Positions 10,022-19,104 of a stretch of 64,000 bases of DNA are shown piece by piece (positions within the stretch are counted from its first letter, which is position 1; the number at the start of each line of letters is the position of its first letter). This stretch comes from Dehalococcoidia bacterium (lineage in GTDB: Bacteria; Chloroflexota; Dehalococcoidia; UBA2979). The stretch covers positions 928,001 to 992,000 of the forward strand of contig OZ219871.1 of assembly GCA_964291495.2 (NCBI GenBank), given 5' to 3'. The notes below the pieces were generated by a model. That model did not search any database and was not told the origin of the DNA. It saw only the letters and a program-made list of their open reading frames with translations. A program made the position numbers and the translations under genes.

Positions 10022-10981
10022 TCAGTCCTCGTCACGTACGCAGCGGAAACCGGTGTTGCCGGCCGAGCTGTCCGGCGTGTTCGAGCTGCGCGCGGCCACA
10101 CGATAGCGGTTGCAGTACGAGCGGTGGCAGAGGTACGAGCCGCCTCGAATCACGCGCGAGGCGCCCTCGGGAGGACCGAGGGGGTTCTCGGCCGCGCCGT
10201 GGCCGCCGCCGTTGCGATGGAAGTCCGGGCTGAACCAGTCCGCGCACCACTCCCAGACGTTGCCCGAGGTGTTGTAGAGGCCGAAGCCGTTCGGCGCGAA
10301 GGCGCGCGCGGGCGCGGTCCCGAGGTAGCCGTCGTTCGCCGTGTTGCGGCCCGGGAACTCGCCCTGCCAGATGTTGCAGCGGTGCTCGCCGTCCGGCTGC
10401 AGCTCGTCGCCCCACGGGTAACGCCGGCCCTCGAGGCCCCCGCGCGCCGCGTACTCCCACTCCGCCTCCGTCGGCAGGCGCGCGCCGGCCCACGTGCAGT
10501 ACGCCGTCGCGTCCTGCCACGAGACGTGCACCACCGGGTGGTCCATGCGGCCCTCGAGGCGCGAGGCGGGGCCCTCCGGGTGGCGCCAGTCCGCGCCGAA
10601 CACCTGCCGCCACCACGGCGCCGAGGCCAGCGCGCGCGTCGGCGGGAAATCGTCCGGCAGGAACTGGCCGAAGACGAACGACCAGCCGTAGCGCTCGGCG
10701 TCCGTGCGATAGCCCGAGGCGGCGACGAACTGCTCGAACTGCGCGTTGGTGACCGCCGCCACGCCGATCGCGAAGGGGCGCAGCGCGACGCGCCGCACGG
10801 GGCCCTCGCCGTCCTGCGGGAAGCCCTCGGCGTCGTCGCTGCCCATCAGGAACGCGCCGCCCGGCAGCCGCGCCAGCTCGCCCGAGCCGCTCGAGGACGG
10901 CGCGGCGAGCGGCGGGTCTGCCGAGGGCGCACCCTCGCCCGGCGGCGAGGCGCGGCCGGGGCTGCAGCAGGCGGCGCTCAC
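10022..10981 (-). CDS. Formylglycine-generating enzyme (SUMF1/FGE)
   Basis: HPVVHVSW, RLPTEAEWEYAARGG, GNVWEW, RGGSYLCHRSYCNRYRVAAR with both catalytic Cys. Confidence 0.95.
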   Translation of the reverse strand: MSAACCSPGRASPPGEGAPSADPPLAAPSSSGSGELARLPGGAFLMGSDDAEGFPQDGEGPVRRVALRPFAIGVAAVTNAQFEQFVAASGYRTDAERYGWSFVFGQFLPDDFPPTRALASAPWWRQVFGADWRHPEGPASRLEGRMDHPVVHVSWQDATAYCTWAGARLPTEAEWEYAARGGLEGRRYPWGDELQPDGEHRCNIWQGEFPGRNTANDGYLGTAPARAFAPNGFGLYNTSGNVWEWCADWFSPDFHRNGGGHGAAENPLGPPEGASRVIRGGSYLCHRSYCNRYRVAARSSNTPDSSAGNTGFRCVRDED

Positions 10982-10991
10982 GAGGGCGACC

Positions 10992-12506
10992 TCACAGGCC
11001 CTCGCCGAACTCGGCGGCCTCGCGCTCGCGCAGCCACTCGAAGCGCTCGCGCAGCTCGAGGCGGCGGGAGCGGTCGTTGGCGAGGTTGACCAGCTCCAGC
11101 GGGTCCTCCTGCAGGTCGTACCACTCGTGGTCGTGGTCCTCGAAGGCGGCGTCGATGTCGAAGGCCTTGCGGGTCCAGAGGCCGAGGCCGCCGTCGGCGC
11201 GCTCGATGCCGACGCCGTAGTAGCGGGCGTACTTGTGGCGGCCGTCGAAGATGCAGCGCATCGCGTAGCGCAGCCGCAGGCAGTTCGGAAAGTCCGTCGC
11301 GCTGCCCAGGTCCTGCGCGAGCAGCACGTAGTCGCGCACGCTCGCCGAGGGGTCGCGCAGCACCGGCGTCAGGTCCACCCCACGGAACGTCGGCGCCTCC
11401 TCGACCCCGCCGAGGGCGAGAATCGTGCTGGCGAGGTCCACCGACGTGCCGAGCGCGGCGGTCTTCGACCCGGGCGTGGTGATGCCGGGCGCGCGGATGT
11501 AGAGCGGGATGCGCATCTGCTCCTCGTAGACGAACGGGCCCTTGTTGCGCAGCCCGTGCGCGCCGCACATGTCGCCGTGGTCCGTCGAGAAGATCACGAT
11601 CGTCTCGTCCGCCTGTCCCGAGGCGTCGAGCGCGTCGAGGATGCGGCCGAGGTAATGGTCGTTCTCCTGGTGCATCCGCCAGTAGTAGTCGAGCTGGCGG
11701 ATCCAGGCGCGCGTATCGGAGCGCTCGATGCGGCCCCAGGGCCCGCGGTTGGTGTCGAGCTCGTACTGGCGCTGGATGGCGGGCTTGGTGAAGAGATCGT
11801 CGTCGAGGTTGGGCGGCGGGGCGTCGAAGATCTCCTCGTAGGGCTCGTCGTAGGCGGGGTAGATGTCGCCCTCGCGCCAGCGGTTGAGGGTCTCGCGCCT
11901 GCGCTCGATCGTCTCGGCGTTGGCGGCCTGGTAGTCGGGCTGGTCGCCGGGGAACCACATCACGTCGTGCGGGTTGAGCATGCCGACGACGAGCAGCCAC
12001 GGCTCCTCGCGGCCGGCGTTGTCGCGCAGCCAGCCCTCGGCCTGCGCGGTGATCAGCGGGTCCGAGTGCAGCCCGGCCCCGGCGAGCCCGCGGAACGTCA
12101 GGTCGTCCCCCTGCCAGTCGCTGAACCCGTGCGCCTCGAGGTCCGGCGAGCGCGTGCGCGAGAGGTGCCACTTGCCGATGTAGGCGGTGTAGTAGCCCTC
12201 GGCGCGGAGTGCGTGGCCGATCGTCGGCACGTCCGGCTCGAGGTGCGGGACCTCCGGCTCGCGGCCCCAGTCGACGTTGCGGGTGACGCCGTGGTTGGGC
12301 AGGTACTGGCCGGTGAGGAGGCTGGCGCGCGAGGGCGAGCAGGGGTTGGTGTGGGTGTAGTAGCTGGCGAACTCGAGGCCCTCGTCGATCAGGCGCTGGC
12401 GGGCGGGGAGCGTGAGTCCGGCGGGGATCCAGTCGCGCTGGCGTTCCTCGTCGCTGAGCAGCAGCAGGATGTTGGGTCGGCGGTCGGAGCCCGTGTCGTC
12501 AGCCAT
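10992..12506 (-). CDS. Cys-type sulfatase
   Basis: RPNILLLLSDE, CSPSRASLLTG signature, GKWHL, NPHD, STDHG, KG..VYEE..RIPL, YDL..DP.E..NLA. Confidence 0.92.
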   Translation of the reverse strand: MADDTGSDRRPNILLLLSDEERQRDWIPAGLTLPARQRLIDEGLEFASYYTHTNPCSPSRASLLTGQYLPNHGVTRNVDWGREPEVPHLEPDVPTIGHALRAEGYYTAYIGKWHLSRTRSPDLEAHGFSDWQGDDLTFRGLAGAGLHSDPLITAQAEGWLRDNAGREEPWLLVVGMLNPHDVMWFPGDQPDYQAANAETIERRRETLNRWREGDIYPAYDEPYEEIFDAPPPNLDDDLFTKPAIQRQYELDTNRGPWGRIERSDTRAWIRQLDYYWRMHQENDHYLGRILDALDASGQADETIVIFSTDHGDMCGAHGLRNKGPFVYEEQMRIPLYIRAPGITTPGSKTAALGTSVDLASTILALGGVEEAPTFRGVDLTPVLRDPSASVRDYVLLAQDLGSATDFPNCLRLRYAMRCIFDGRHKYARYYGVGIERADGGLGLWTRKAFDIDAAFEDHDHEWYDLQEDPLELVNLANDRSRRLELRERFEWLREREAAEFGEGL

Positions 12507-12521
12507 GCCGGCACTATACCG

Positions 12522-13056
12522 CCCCTCCGGTCCCCTCTCCCCGAGGGAGAGGGAGCCGGACGGGAGCGGGGACCGGAGGGGCGCACCGGACGTCCGAGGC
12601 CGGATCCGGTCCCCTCTCCCCCGGAGGGAGAGGGTTAGGGTGAGGGGGAGGCGGGCGCAGCCCGCCCCCGAGGGCACAACGAGCCTTTCGAGGACGGCGA
12701 CGTCGAATCCCCCTCACCCCCCGCCCTCCCCCGCCAGGGGGGAGGGAGCCGGATCCGGACCCCCTCACCCCCCGCCCTCTCCCGCGAGGGGAGAGGGAGC
12801 CGGAACCGGACCCCCTCACCCCCCGCCCTCCCCCGCCAGGGGGGAGGGAGCCGGATCCGGACCCCCTCACCCCCCGCCCTCTCCCGCGAGGGGAGAGGGA
12901 GCCGGAACCGGACCCCCTCACCCCCCGCCCTCCCCCGCCAGGGGGGAGGGAGCCGGATCCGGACCCTCTCACCCCCGCCCTCCCCCGCCGCAAGGGGGAG
13001 GGAGCCGGACTCCGGTCCCCTCTCCCCCGGCGGGAGAGGGTTAGGGTGAGGGGGAG
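12522..13056. repeat. REP-like mosaic including a tandem array of six ~51-bp hairpin units (cluster 2)
   Basis: CCCCCTCACCCCCCGCCCTC(C/T)CCCGC(C/G)AGGGG(G/A)GAGGGAGCCGGA(T/A)CCGGA repeated from ~12709 to 13010 in alternating variants. Confidence 0.92.
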
Positions 13057-13406
13057 TCCGGAGCTGACTCGCGTAGCGCCAGCGCGATCGCCTCCAGCAC
13101 GGAGGTCGGACGCAGCAGCACATCGTCGTTCCAGAATCTCAGGACCGTGTAGCCGCGCGACTCCAGCCACCGCGTTCGCCGAGCGTCGTATGCCCGGCGG
13201 TCGGCGTGTTGCCCACCGTCCAGCTCGACGATCAGCTTCCGCTCGTGACTGACGAAGTCGGTGATGTACGGGCCGATCGGGGCCTGGCGGCGGAACCTGA
13301 CGCCTCCGAGGCGGCGATCCCTGAGCCTCGACCAGAGGGCTTGCTCAGCGTCCGTGGAATCCCGCCTGAGGCGCCGCGCCCTGGCCTTCGACCGGTCGTC
13401 CGCCAT
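13041..13406 (-). CDS. DUF559 / Vsr-like endonuclease domain protein
   Basis: RARRLRRDSTDAE..LW..LR.RRL.G.RFRRQ.PIGPY..DF....KLIVELDGGQH...D..R...LES.GY.VLRFWN.DV. Confidence 0.92.
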   Translation of the reverse strand: MADDRSKARARRLRRDSTDAEQALWSRLRDRRLGGVRFRRQAPIGPYITDFVSHERKLIVELDGGQHADRRAYDARRTRWLESRGYTVLRFWNDDVLLRPTSVLEAIALALRESAPDSPSP

Positions 13407-13476
13407 CGTCTGCCCTCGCTGTCCGATCCCCTCGCGAGGGTAGCCCCTGCCCTCGTTGGCCGCGCTGTCGCGCGGC

Positions 13477-13965
13477 TCCCCCTCACCCCCCACCCTCTCC
13501 CGCGAGGGGAGAGGGAGCCGGATTCCGATCCCTTGCCTCCGGTCCCCTCTCCCCCGGCGGGAGAGGGTTAGGGTGAGGGGGAGGCGGGCGCAGCCCGCCC
13601 TCGAGGGCACAACGAGCCTTTCGAGGACGGCGACGTCGGATCCCCCTCACCCCCCGCCCTCCCCCGCCAGGGGGGAGGGAGCCGGATTCCGATCCCTTGC
13701 CTCCGGTCCCCTCTCCCCCGGCGGGAGAGGGTTAGGGTGAGGGGGAGGCGGGCGCAGCCCGCCCCCGAGGGCGCAACGAGCCTTTCGAGGACGGCGACGT
13801 CGGATCCCCCTCACCCCCCCTCTCCCCCAGGAGAGGGGGCCGGATCCGGAGGGAGCGCCTGCGGGCGACAGCCCGCAGCCCACCCGGCACAAACCCCCAC
13901 ACCACGCCGCCAGCCTCAAGAATCCCAGGTGGATCGTGCTGGCGGGCGTGGGGGGACCCCCCCAC
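13477..13965. repeat. REP-like mosaic (cluster 3), direct repeats of the block on the other side of DUF559
   Basis: ~13539-13688 nearly identical to ~12607-12754; a further partial copy starts at ~13703. Confidence 0.9.
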
Positions 13966-13975
13966 GGCTTAAACA

Positions 13976-14003
13976 GAAGCGCCCCCGTTTCCGGGGGCGC
14001 TTC
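13976..14003 (-). terminator. Rho-independent terminator
   Basis: GAAGCGCCCCCG-TTTC-CGGGGGCGCTTC hairpin followed by TGTTT on the minus strand, downstream of 14058..14600. Confidence 0.7.
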
Positions 14004-14057
14004 GCAATCGGCTGGCGCCGGGCCGCCCGAGGGCGGTCCGCGGCGGGTGGCCGAAGG

Positions 14058-14600
14058 TTAGCTCACGCGGCGCGTCGCCACGCGGGCGCCGGCGATGCCG
14101 GCAACCGCGAGGAAGCCGAGCGCCAGCGCCGCAAGCGCCGAGCTCGACGAGCCGGTGACGAGACCGGCGTTGCCGGTGTCCGGCATGCCGACGCCGTCGC
14201 CGTCGCCGGGCATGGCCTCGCCGTTGTCGTCGCCGTCGCCAGGCATGGCCGCGACGGTCAGGCTGACCTCGGACACGTCGCCGCCGGACCACATCGCGGT
14301 CTCCTCGGCGGCGTCGCCGTTGATCGAGAAGCTGACGGTGTCGGCGTCCTCGGGCGAACAGTCGCCCGGGCCGACCTTGAGGGTCCACTGACCATCGGCG
14401 TTGGCCGTGGTGCTGGAGCACTCCGTGCCGTCGATCGAGGCGGCGACGGTGTCGCCTGCGTCGAGGCCGGTGCCCCAGTACTGGGCCGTGTCCGGGCCCT
14501 GCGCGTGTGCGGTGTGGAAACCGAGCGCAAGCGGGCCGAGCAGCAGCGCGAGGAGCGCCGCGGCGAAGCCGAGCCTGGCCGGTCCAATCGTTCGATTCAT
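14058..14600 (-). CDS. Secreted protein with C-terminal sortase-type sorting signal (MPDTG)
   Basis: Signal peptide ending AHA-Q; small beta domain with two Cys; MPDTG + hydrophobic helix + RR tail; SD AAGGAG. Confidence 0.8.
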   Translation of the reverse strand: MNRTIGPARLGFAAALLALLLGPLALGFHTAHAQGPDTAQYWGTGLDAGDTVAASIDGTECSSTTANADGQWTLKVGPGDCSPEDADTVSFSINGDAAEETAMWSGGDVSEVSLTVAAMPGDGDDNGEAMPGDGDGVGMPDTGNAGLVTGSSSSALAALALGFLAVAGIAGARVATRRVS

Positions 14601-14771
14601 TCGTTTCTCCTTGCCGGGCTTGTTTGCTTCCGAGCCCGCCGCTCGGAGTGTGCCTTACGAGGTTCCGACGCCGGGGAGCGGAATACGGTTCCCCGGGACC
14701 CGGCCGAAGCCGGGATCCCGGGGTCCGTCTCTATTCCATCGGCGTCTGGCCGACCAGAGCGTTCAGACGCT

Positions 14772-16712
14772 CTAGCCGCCCATCGCCCCCTCGCCCTCCA
14801 TGGCGTCGGCCTCACAGCTGGAGACCCAGACAGCCGCCGGGCCAGCGATGCCATCCGCGAAGGCCGCGTTGAACGTGGTGTTCACGATCGCGACGGCAGT
14901 GGTGCTGTAAACCTGCCAGCTGGAGCCGTCGTGGATCCAGATGGCCGCGCCACCGGGGCAAGCCGTCTCGGCAGCCGCGTGGAGGTCCTCAACCGAGCCG
15001 CCGCTGAAGATCATCAGCGGAGCGGTACCACTGAGAGTGGCGTCGTCGCTCGGCATCGGCTCTTCCGGCTCTTCCATCGCCTCGCCGATGTCCAGCGCGA
15101 CGCGGTGGTTCACGTCGCCGGCGGAGATCAGGATCTCCGACGAACCCGGGTTCGAGGGAGCGATGAACGTGAACTTGGACTGACCGTTGGAGGTCATCTC
15201 CGAGCCGCCCTCGCCCTCGTCCTCGATGAGGCCACCGCCGTCGACCTTGCGGACCTTGACGGCGGTGATGCCGACGAGCACGTCCTCGTCGTCCCACACC
15301 GAAACCGTGATCGTGGTAACGCTGCCCGGCTCAACCATGGCCGGAGCATCAGTCGTGATGCTGTTCGGCTTGCCGGCGACCTCGATCACGGCCGAAGCCT
15401 TGATCGTGCCGATCGCGAAGTTGAGCGTGTGCGGACCGCGCGTCGCGTCGTCGTCGGTTCCCGCTGCATCCGTAGCCGTCACGTGGACGACACACTTGCC
15501 GTCGGCATTGGTGCCATCGTCCGCGAAGACCTCGGTGGACGGGCTCGCGAGGTCGCCGACAGCGTCGTTACCACACGCCGGGATGTTCTTCGACGAATCC
15601 GTGGGGTGGATGAAGTCCTTGCTGTACCCGGTGCCCACGCTGTCGGTGGCCGCGTCCGCCGCCGGCGTGTCCTTCTCGGTCACGACGAGATTGGCGTCGT
15701 CAGTGGGACCTTCCACTTCCTTGGCCGGCGACGTGACAGGCGCGACAACCTGGCCGGAGACCGGGTTGCTGGCGCCGTCGGTGACGGTCAGCACGACGTA
15801 GACCGACCCGCCGATCTCGACAGAGCCCTGCATCGGCTCGGCCGAAAGGTTCTTGGCCTTGCCGTACATCGTCACGTCGAGCTGATCGGTGAGGCCGCCC
15901 ACGGTCACCGTGACGGTGGCCACGCCCTCACGACCGGCGCCGTCCAGCCTGACGGTGGCAAGGCCGGCAACGGTGGTGGTCTCGGTAGTAAGCGGGTTGT
16001 CGATGGTATCGGTCCAGATCGAGCAGACCTGGACACCAGACACCGCGACGGTGTCAGTGCCACCGGACGGGGCCGTTGTCGCGGGACAGGCCAGCGTGCC
16101 GAGCGTGGTGACGAAGGTCACCCGCTGCTCGTCGAGGCCGGTCGGCGTCGACGCGGCGTTCTTGACCGTGGCCACGATGTCCGCCTCGTTCGGGCCGCCG
16201 TCGTCCGCGGTGTTGTTGTCGTCATTCGCCGCGATCGTCTTGCTGCTCGTCGCCGCCTTAAGCGACCCCAGCAGCGTGCCCTTCGAGACGGTGATGACCT
16301 TGGTAACCTGGGCCGTAGGCGAGCTTCCGGCGACGCCCTCGACGCTCACGAGGATGTACCCCTCGCTAGAGTCCTCGTCCACGTTCAGGTCGACCTGAAT
16401 GGTGTTGGCGGTGTCGCTCTCGTCGCACCCTGTGCCGTCGGCACAAGAGATCGACTGACCGTCGTTCGCGGCGAAGCTCGCTCCGACGCCGTCGCCCGTG
16501 CCGGTGATGCTCACCTGCGCGAGCGCGCCTTCCACCAGAATCTGGACCGTGTCGCCCGGCGCCGCGGTTGCCGAGTTAGCGGCCGCAGCCAGCTCGACAT
16601 CGGCGGCCTCGGCCGTCGGAGTCGAGGAGACCGATACGAGCACCGCGAGCGCTACCGCGAAGGCGGCGGCGACGGCGAGGCCGTAGGCTCCCAACTTTGT
16701 TACGTAACTCAA
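14772..16712 (-). CDS. Large secreted acidic Thr/Ala/Val-rich protein with Ig-like repeats, putative S-layer or major surface protein
   Basis: TTG start after GAGGG; signal peptide (..TPTAEA); beta-strand-rich repeats; long upstream leader; more A/T-ending codons than neighbours. Confidence 0.65.
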   Translation of the reverse strand: MSYVTKLGAYGLAVAAAFAVALAVLVSVSSTPTAEAADVELAAAANSATAAPGDTVQILVEGALAQVSITGTGDGVGASFAANDGQSISCADGTGCDESDTANTIQVDLNVDEDSSEGYILVSVEGVAGSSPTAQVTKVITVSKGTLLGSLKAATSSKTIAANDDNNTADDGGPNEADIVATVKNAASTPTGLDEQRVTFVTTLGTLACPATTAPSGGTDTVAVSGVQVCSIWTDTIDNPLTTETTTVAGLATVRLDGAGREGVATVTVTVGGLTDQLDVTMYGKAKNLSAEPMQGSVEIGGSVYVVLTVTDGASNPVSGQVVAPVTSPAKEVEGPTDDANLVVTEKDTPAADAATDSVGTGYSKDFIHPTDSSKNIPACGNDAVGDLASPSTEVFADDGTNADGKCVVHVTATDAAGTDDDATRGPHTLNFAIGTIKASAVIEVAGKPNSITTDAPAMVEPGSVTTITVSVWDDEDVLVGITAVKVRKVDGGGLIEDEGEGGSEMTSNGQSKFTFIAPSNPGSSEILISAGDVNHRVALDIGEAMEEPEEPMPSDDATLSGTAPLMIFSGGSVEDLHAAAETACPGGAAIWIHDGSSWQVYSTTAVAIVNTTFNAAFADGIAGPAAVWVSSCEADAMEGEGAMGG

Positions 16713-17094
16713 ATTGTTCCCTCTTTCTTGGAGGTACTCATTTCGTTGTTGCGTTCCACTTCTCGCTGCCCGATCGCCCTCCTTGTACGGGGCTTCCGCT
16801 TGCGGGTGGGCCGTATCCGGGGGGCTTGCGCCGCCGCTCGAGCTGGACGCCGCAAGCAAATCGCTCACGCGGGGGATACCCCGCTGGCGCCGTCCCGCCG
16901 GCCCGTTCCGCTGGAAGCCTGTCCTTCCTCCCGCGCCTGCCTCGACGCGCACGGGACGCCTCGCGCCCCGGACGGCAAGGCCCGGCACATGGGGAGTAAC
17001 GCGCGGGGACGCCCTCGGGTTAACTCCGGGGCCGCCCCGCGAGCGGTCCTCGCCACCCCCGTTTGTAGCGAAGGCGTGGGTTGCCGTCCACTCG

Positions 17095-17785
17095 GCAAGG
17101 GGGGGTTCCCCCCCACACCCCCCCAGCACGATCCACTCTGGCTTCGTGGGGCTGCGGGGGTGGTGTGTGGGTTTTGTGCAGGGTGGGCTGCGGGCTCATC
17201 GCCCGCAGGCGCTTGCCCGGGGCGGGCTGCGCCCGCTCCGGTCTCCTCTCCCCTTCCGGTCCCCTCTCCCCGAGGGAGAGGGCGGGGGGTGAGGGGGTCC
17301 GGTTCCGGCTCCCTCCCCCCTCGCGGGGGAGGGCGGGGGGTGAGGGGGAGCGCGCGCAGCGCGCCCTCCGGCCCCGCCGGAGTCCCCCTCACCCTAACCC
17401 TCTCCCTCCGGGGGAGAGGGGACCGGAGGCGGAGGCGCGCGGGAGTCCTCCCCCTCACCCCCGCCCTCTCCCTCGGGGAGGGGACCGGACCCGTCCCCTC
17501 CGTCATTCCGGCGAACGCCGGAATCCAGGCACCGCCGGCCAGCGCCATCCTCGGAAGTCTCGTGCGCCCTCGGGGGCGGGCTGCGCCCGCCGGAGTCCCC
17601 CTCACCCTAACCCTCTCCCTCCAGGGGAGAGGGGACCGGAGGCGGAGGGGACCGGGATCCGGCTCCCTCTCCCCTCGCGGGAGAGGGCGGGGGGTGAGGG
17701 GGAGCGCGCGCAGCGCGCCCTCCGGCCCCGCCGGAGTCCCCCTTACCCTAACCCTCTCCCTCCGGGGGAGAGGGGATCGGAGGGT
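17095..17785. repeat. REP-like mosaic (cluster 4)
   Basis: Multiple CCCCT(C/T)ACCCTAACCCTCTCCCTCC(G/A)GGGGAGAGGGG copies (~17386, 17597, 17738) and GTCATTCCGGCGAACGCCGGAATCCAG at ~17502. Confidence 0.9.
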
Positions 17786-17800
17786 TGGGTGCGGCGGCGG

Positions 17801-19006
17801 CTACTCCCCGCCGGCGACGATGCAGACGAGGTCCTCTTGCTCGAACGAGGAGTAGCCCTCGCAGACGTAGCCGTCGCCGTCGTGGTCGAACTCGAGCGGC
17901 ACGCGGAAGTCCGGGAAGCCGCCGCCGGCGGCGAGCGCGCGGGCCGGGATGTAGCGCGCCGCCTCCAGGCAGGAGCCGTAGGCGAGCGCCAGCATGTTCG
18001 CGCGCTCCCGCTCCGCCCAGGTCTCGAACTCCGAGTAGAAGCGCACCAGCTCCACCCCGAACGCCGCCTCGAACGCCCCGTGCAGCTCCGCGCCGGCGAG
18101 GACGTCCTCGTAGAACTCCAGCCAGTCCTCGAACGTCCCGTAGTTCTCGACGGCGAACAGCATCGCCGCCGCCATCAGGTCGTCGTGCGCGCGGCCGGCG
18201 CGGAAGTCCGTGGCGAGCTGGTGGAAGATCGCCGAGCGGTAGCGATCGTCGCGCACGCTGGGCCGCTCGCCGTTCAGGTACCAGAACCAGTAGTACTCGA
18301 AGGTGGCGACGCCGACCCAGCGCACGGGCACGTAGGGGACCTCCACGGCGCGGATCAGCCACTCCCTGGCGATCGCCGCCGTGTCCGTGCGGCACTCCGG
18401 CCCGAAGAACATGTGCTGCCCGTGCTGGAAGGAGCAGGTGCTGGGCAGCTCCTCGAGCTTCTCGCCGAAGGCGTCCTGATAGCGCACGTTGAGGCCGCCG
18501 GTGGAGTAGGCGATGTTGAGCGTGATCGGGCCCTGGTGGGTGAGGCCGAACCGCGTGTTGGCGTCCTTGATGATCGCGCGCAGCTCGGTGGTGATGGCGC
18601 GTTGCGCCGAGCGCTGGTCCGACATGCCGCGCACCGAGCAGCAGCTCGCGCGCCCGGTCGGCGCCTCGCCGGGCGGGAAGAACGGCGTGGCCGCCGGCCC
18701 GACGACGAAGGTCGGTTGCCGGACCTCGTCGACCTCGAAGGTCACGGGCACGGAGAAGCTGACGGGGTCGCTGACGAGCAGGCCGTCGGCCTCGGGGGAC
18801 TCGTGCAGCGAGACGAGGTAGTCGTGTGTGGTCCACTGCTTGCCTTCCTGGCGAGTGCTGACGAAGGCGGCGCGGATCTCGGGAGCGAGCCAGAACTGCA
18901 GCTCGAGGGTGGTGCTGGTCTCGATGGTGCGGGTGGCGGCGAAGGCGCTGAGCCCTCCGGCGATGGTCAAGATGGCGGCGAGCGCGGCGATGACGGCGTG
19001 TTTCAT
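17801..19006 (-). CDS. Secreted hypothetical protein with C-terminal Excalibur-like Ca-binding motif
   Basis: Signal peptide; degenerate zincin-like region (AREW..., WVGVATFEYY); SCLEAA...DHDGDGYVCE. Confidence 0.6.
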   Translation of the reverse strand: MKHAVIAALAAILTIAGGLSAFAATRTIETSTTLELQFWLAPEIRAAFVSTRQEGKQWTTHDYLVSLHESPEADGLLVSDPVSFSVPVTFEVDEVRQPTFVVGPAATPFFPPGEAPTGRASCCSVRGMSDQRSAQRAITTELRAIIKDANTRFGLTHQGPITLNIAYSTGGLNVRYQDAFGEKLEELPSTCSFQHGQHMFFGPECRTDTAAIAREWLIRAVEVPYVPVRWVGVATFEYYWFWYLNGERPSVRDDRYRSAIFHQLATDFRAGRAHDDLMAAAMLFAVENYGTFEDWLEFYEDVLAGAELHGAFEAAFGVELVRFYSEFETWAERERANMLALAYGSCLEAARYIPARALAAGGGFPDFRVPLEFDHDGDGYVCEGYSSFEQEDLVCIVAGGE

Positions 19007-19104
19007 GGTTCCAGCTCCCTCGCAGGGTCGCGTCGAGCGTAGCGCTCCGCGCCCCGCCGGACCCTGACCCATCGAGGGCAGCGCAGCGCTGTCTGCCTGT
19101 CTTG

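Noticed and set aside
12709-13010. Regular repeats resembling a CRISPR array
   Set aside because: Units are directly tandem with no unique spacers, no cas genes are present, and the motif is dispersed intergenically
12412-13044. ORF with (PPHPPPSPARGEGAGSG)n and similar ORFs within the repeat clusters
   Set aside because: Translations of palindromic DNA repeats; the variation is explained by stem pairing and there are no good starts
16713-17090. Known riboswitch upstream of the surface protein
   Set aside because: Hairpins are present but I could not match any riboswitch consensus by eye
13737-17855. 1372-aa plus-strand ORF and other very long Arg/Pro/Gly-rich ORFs (e.g. 1105..3930, 54658..56952)
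   Set aside because: Antisense or alternate-frame shadows of real genes caused by high GC; no recognisable motifs
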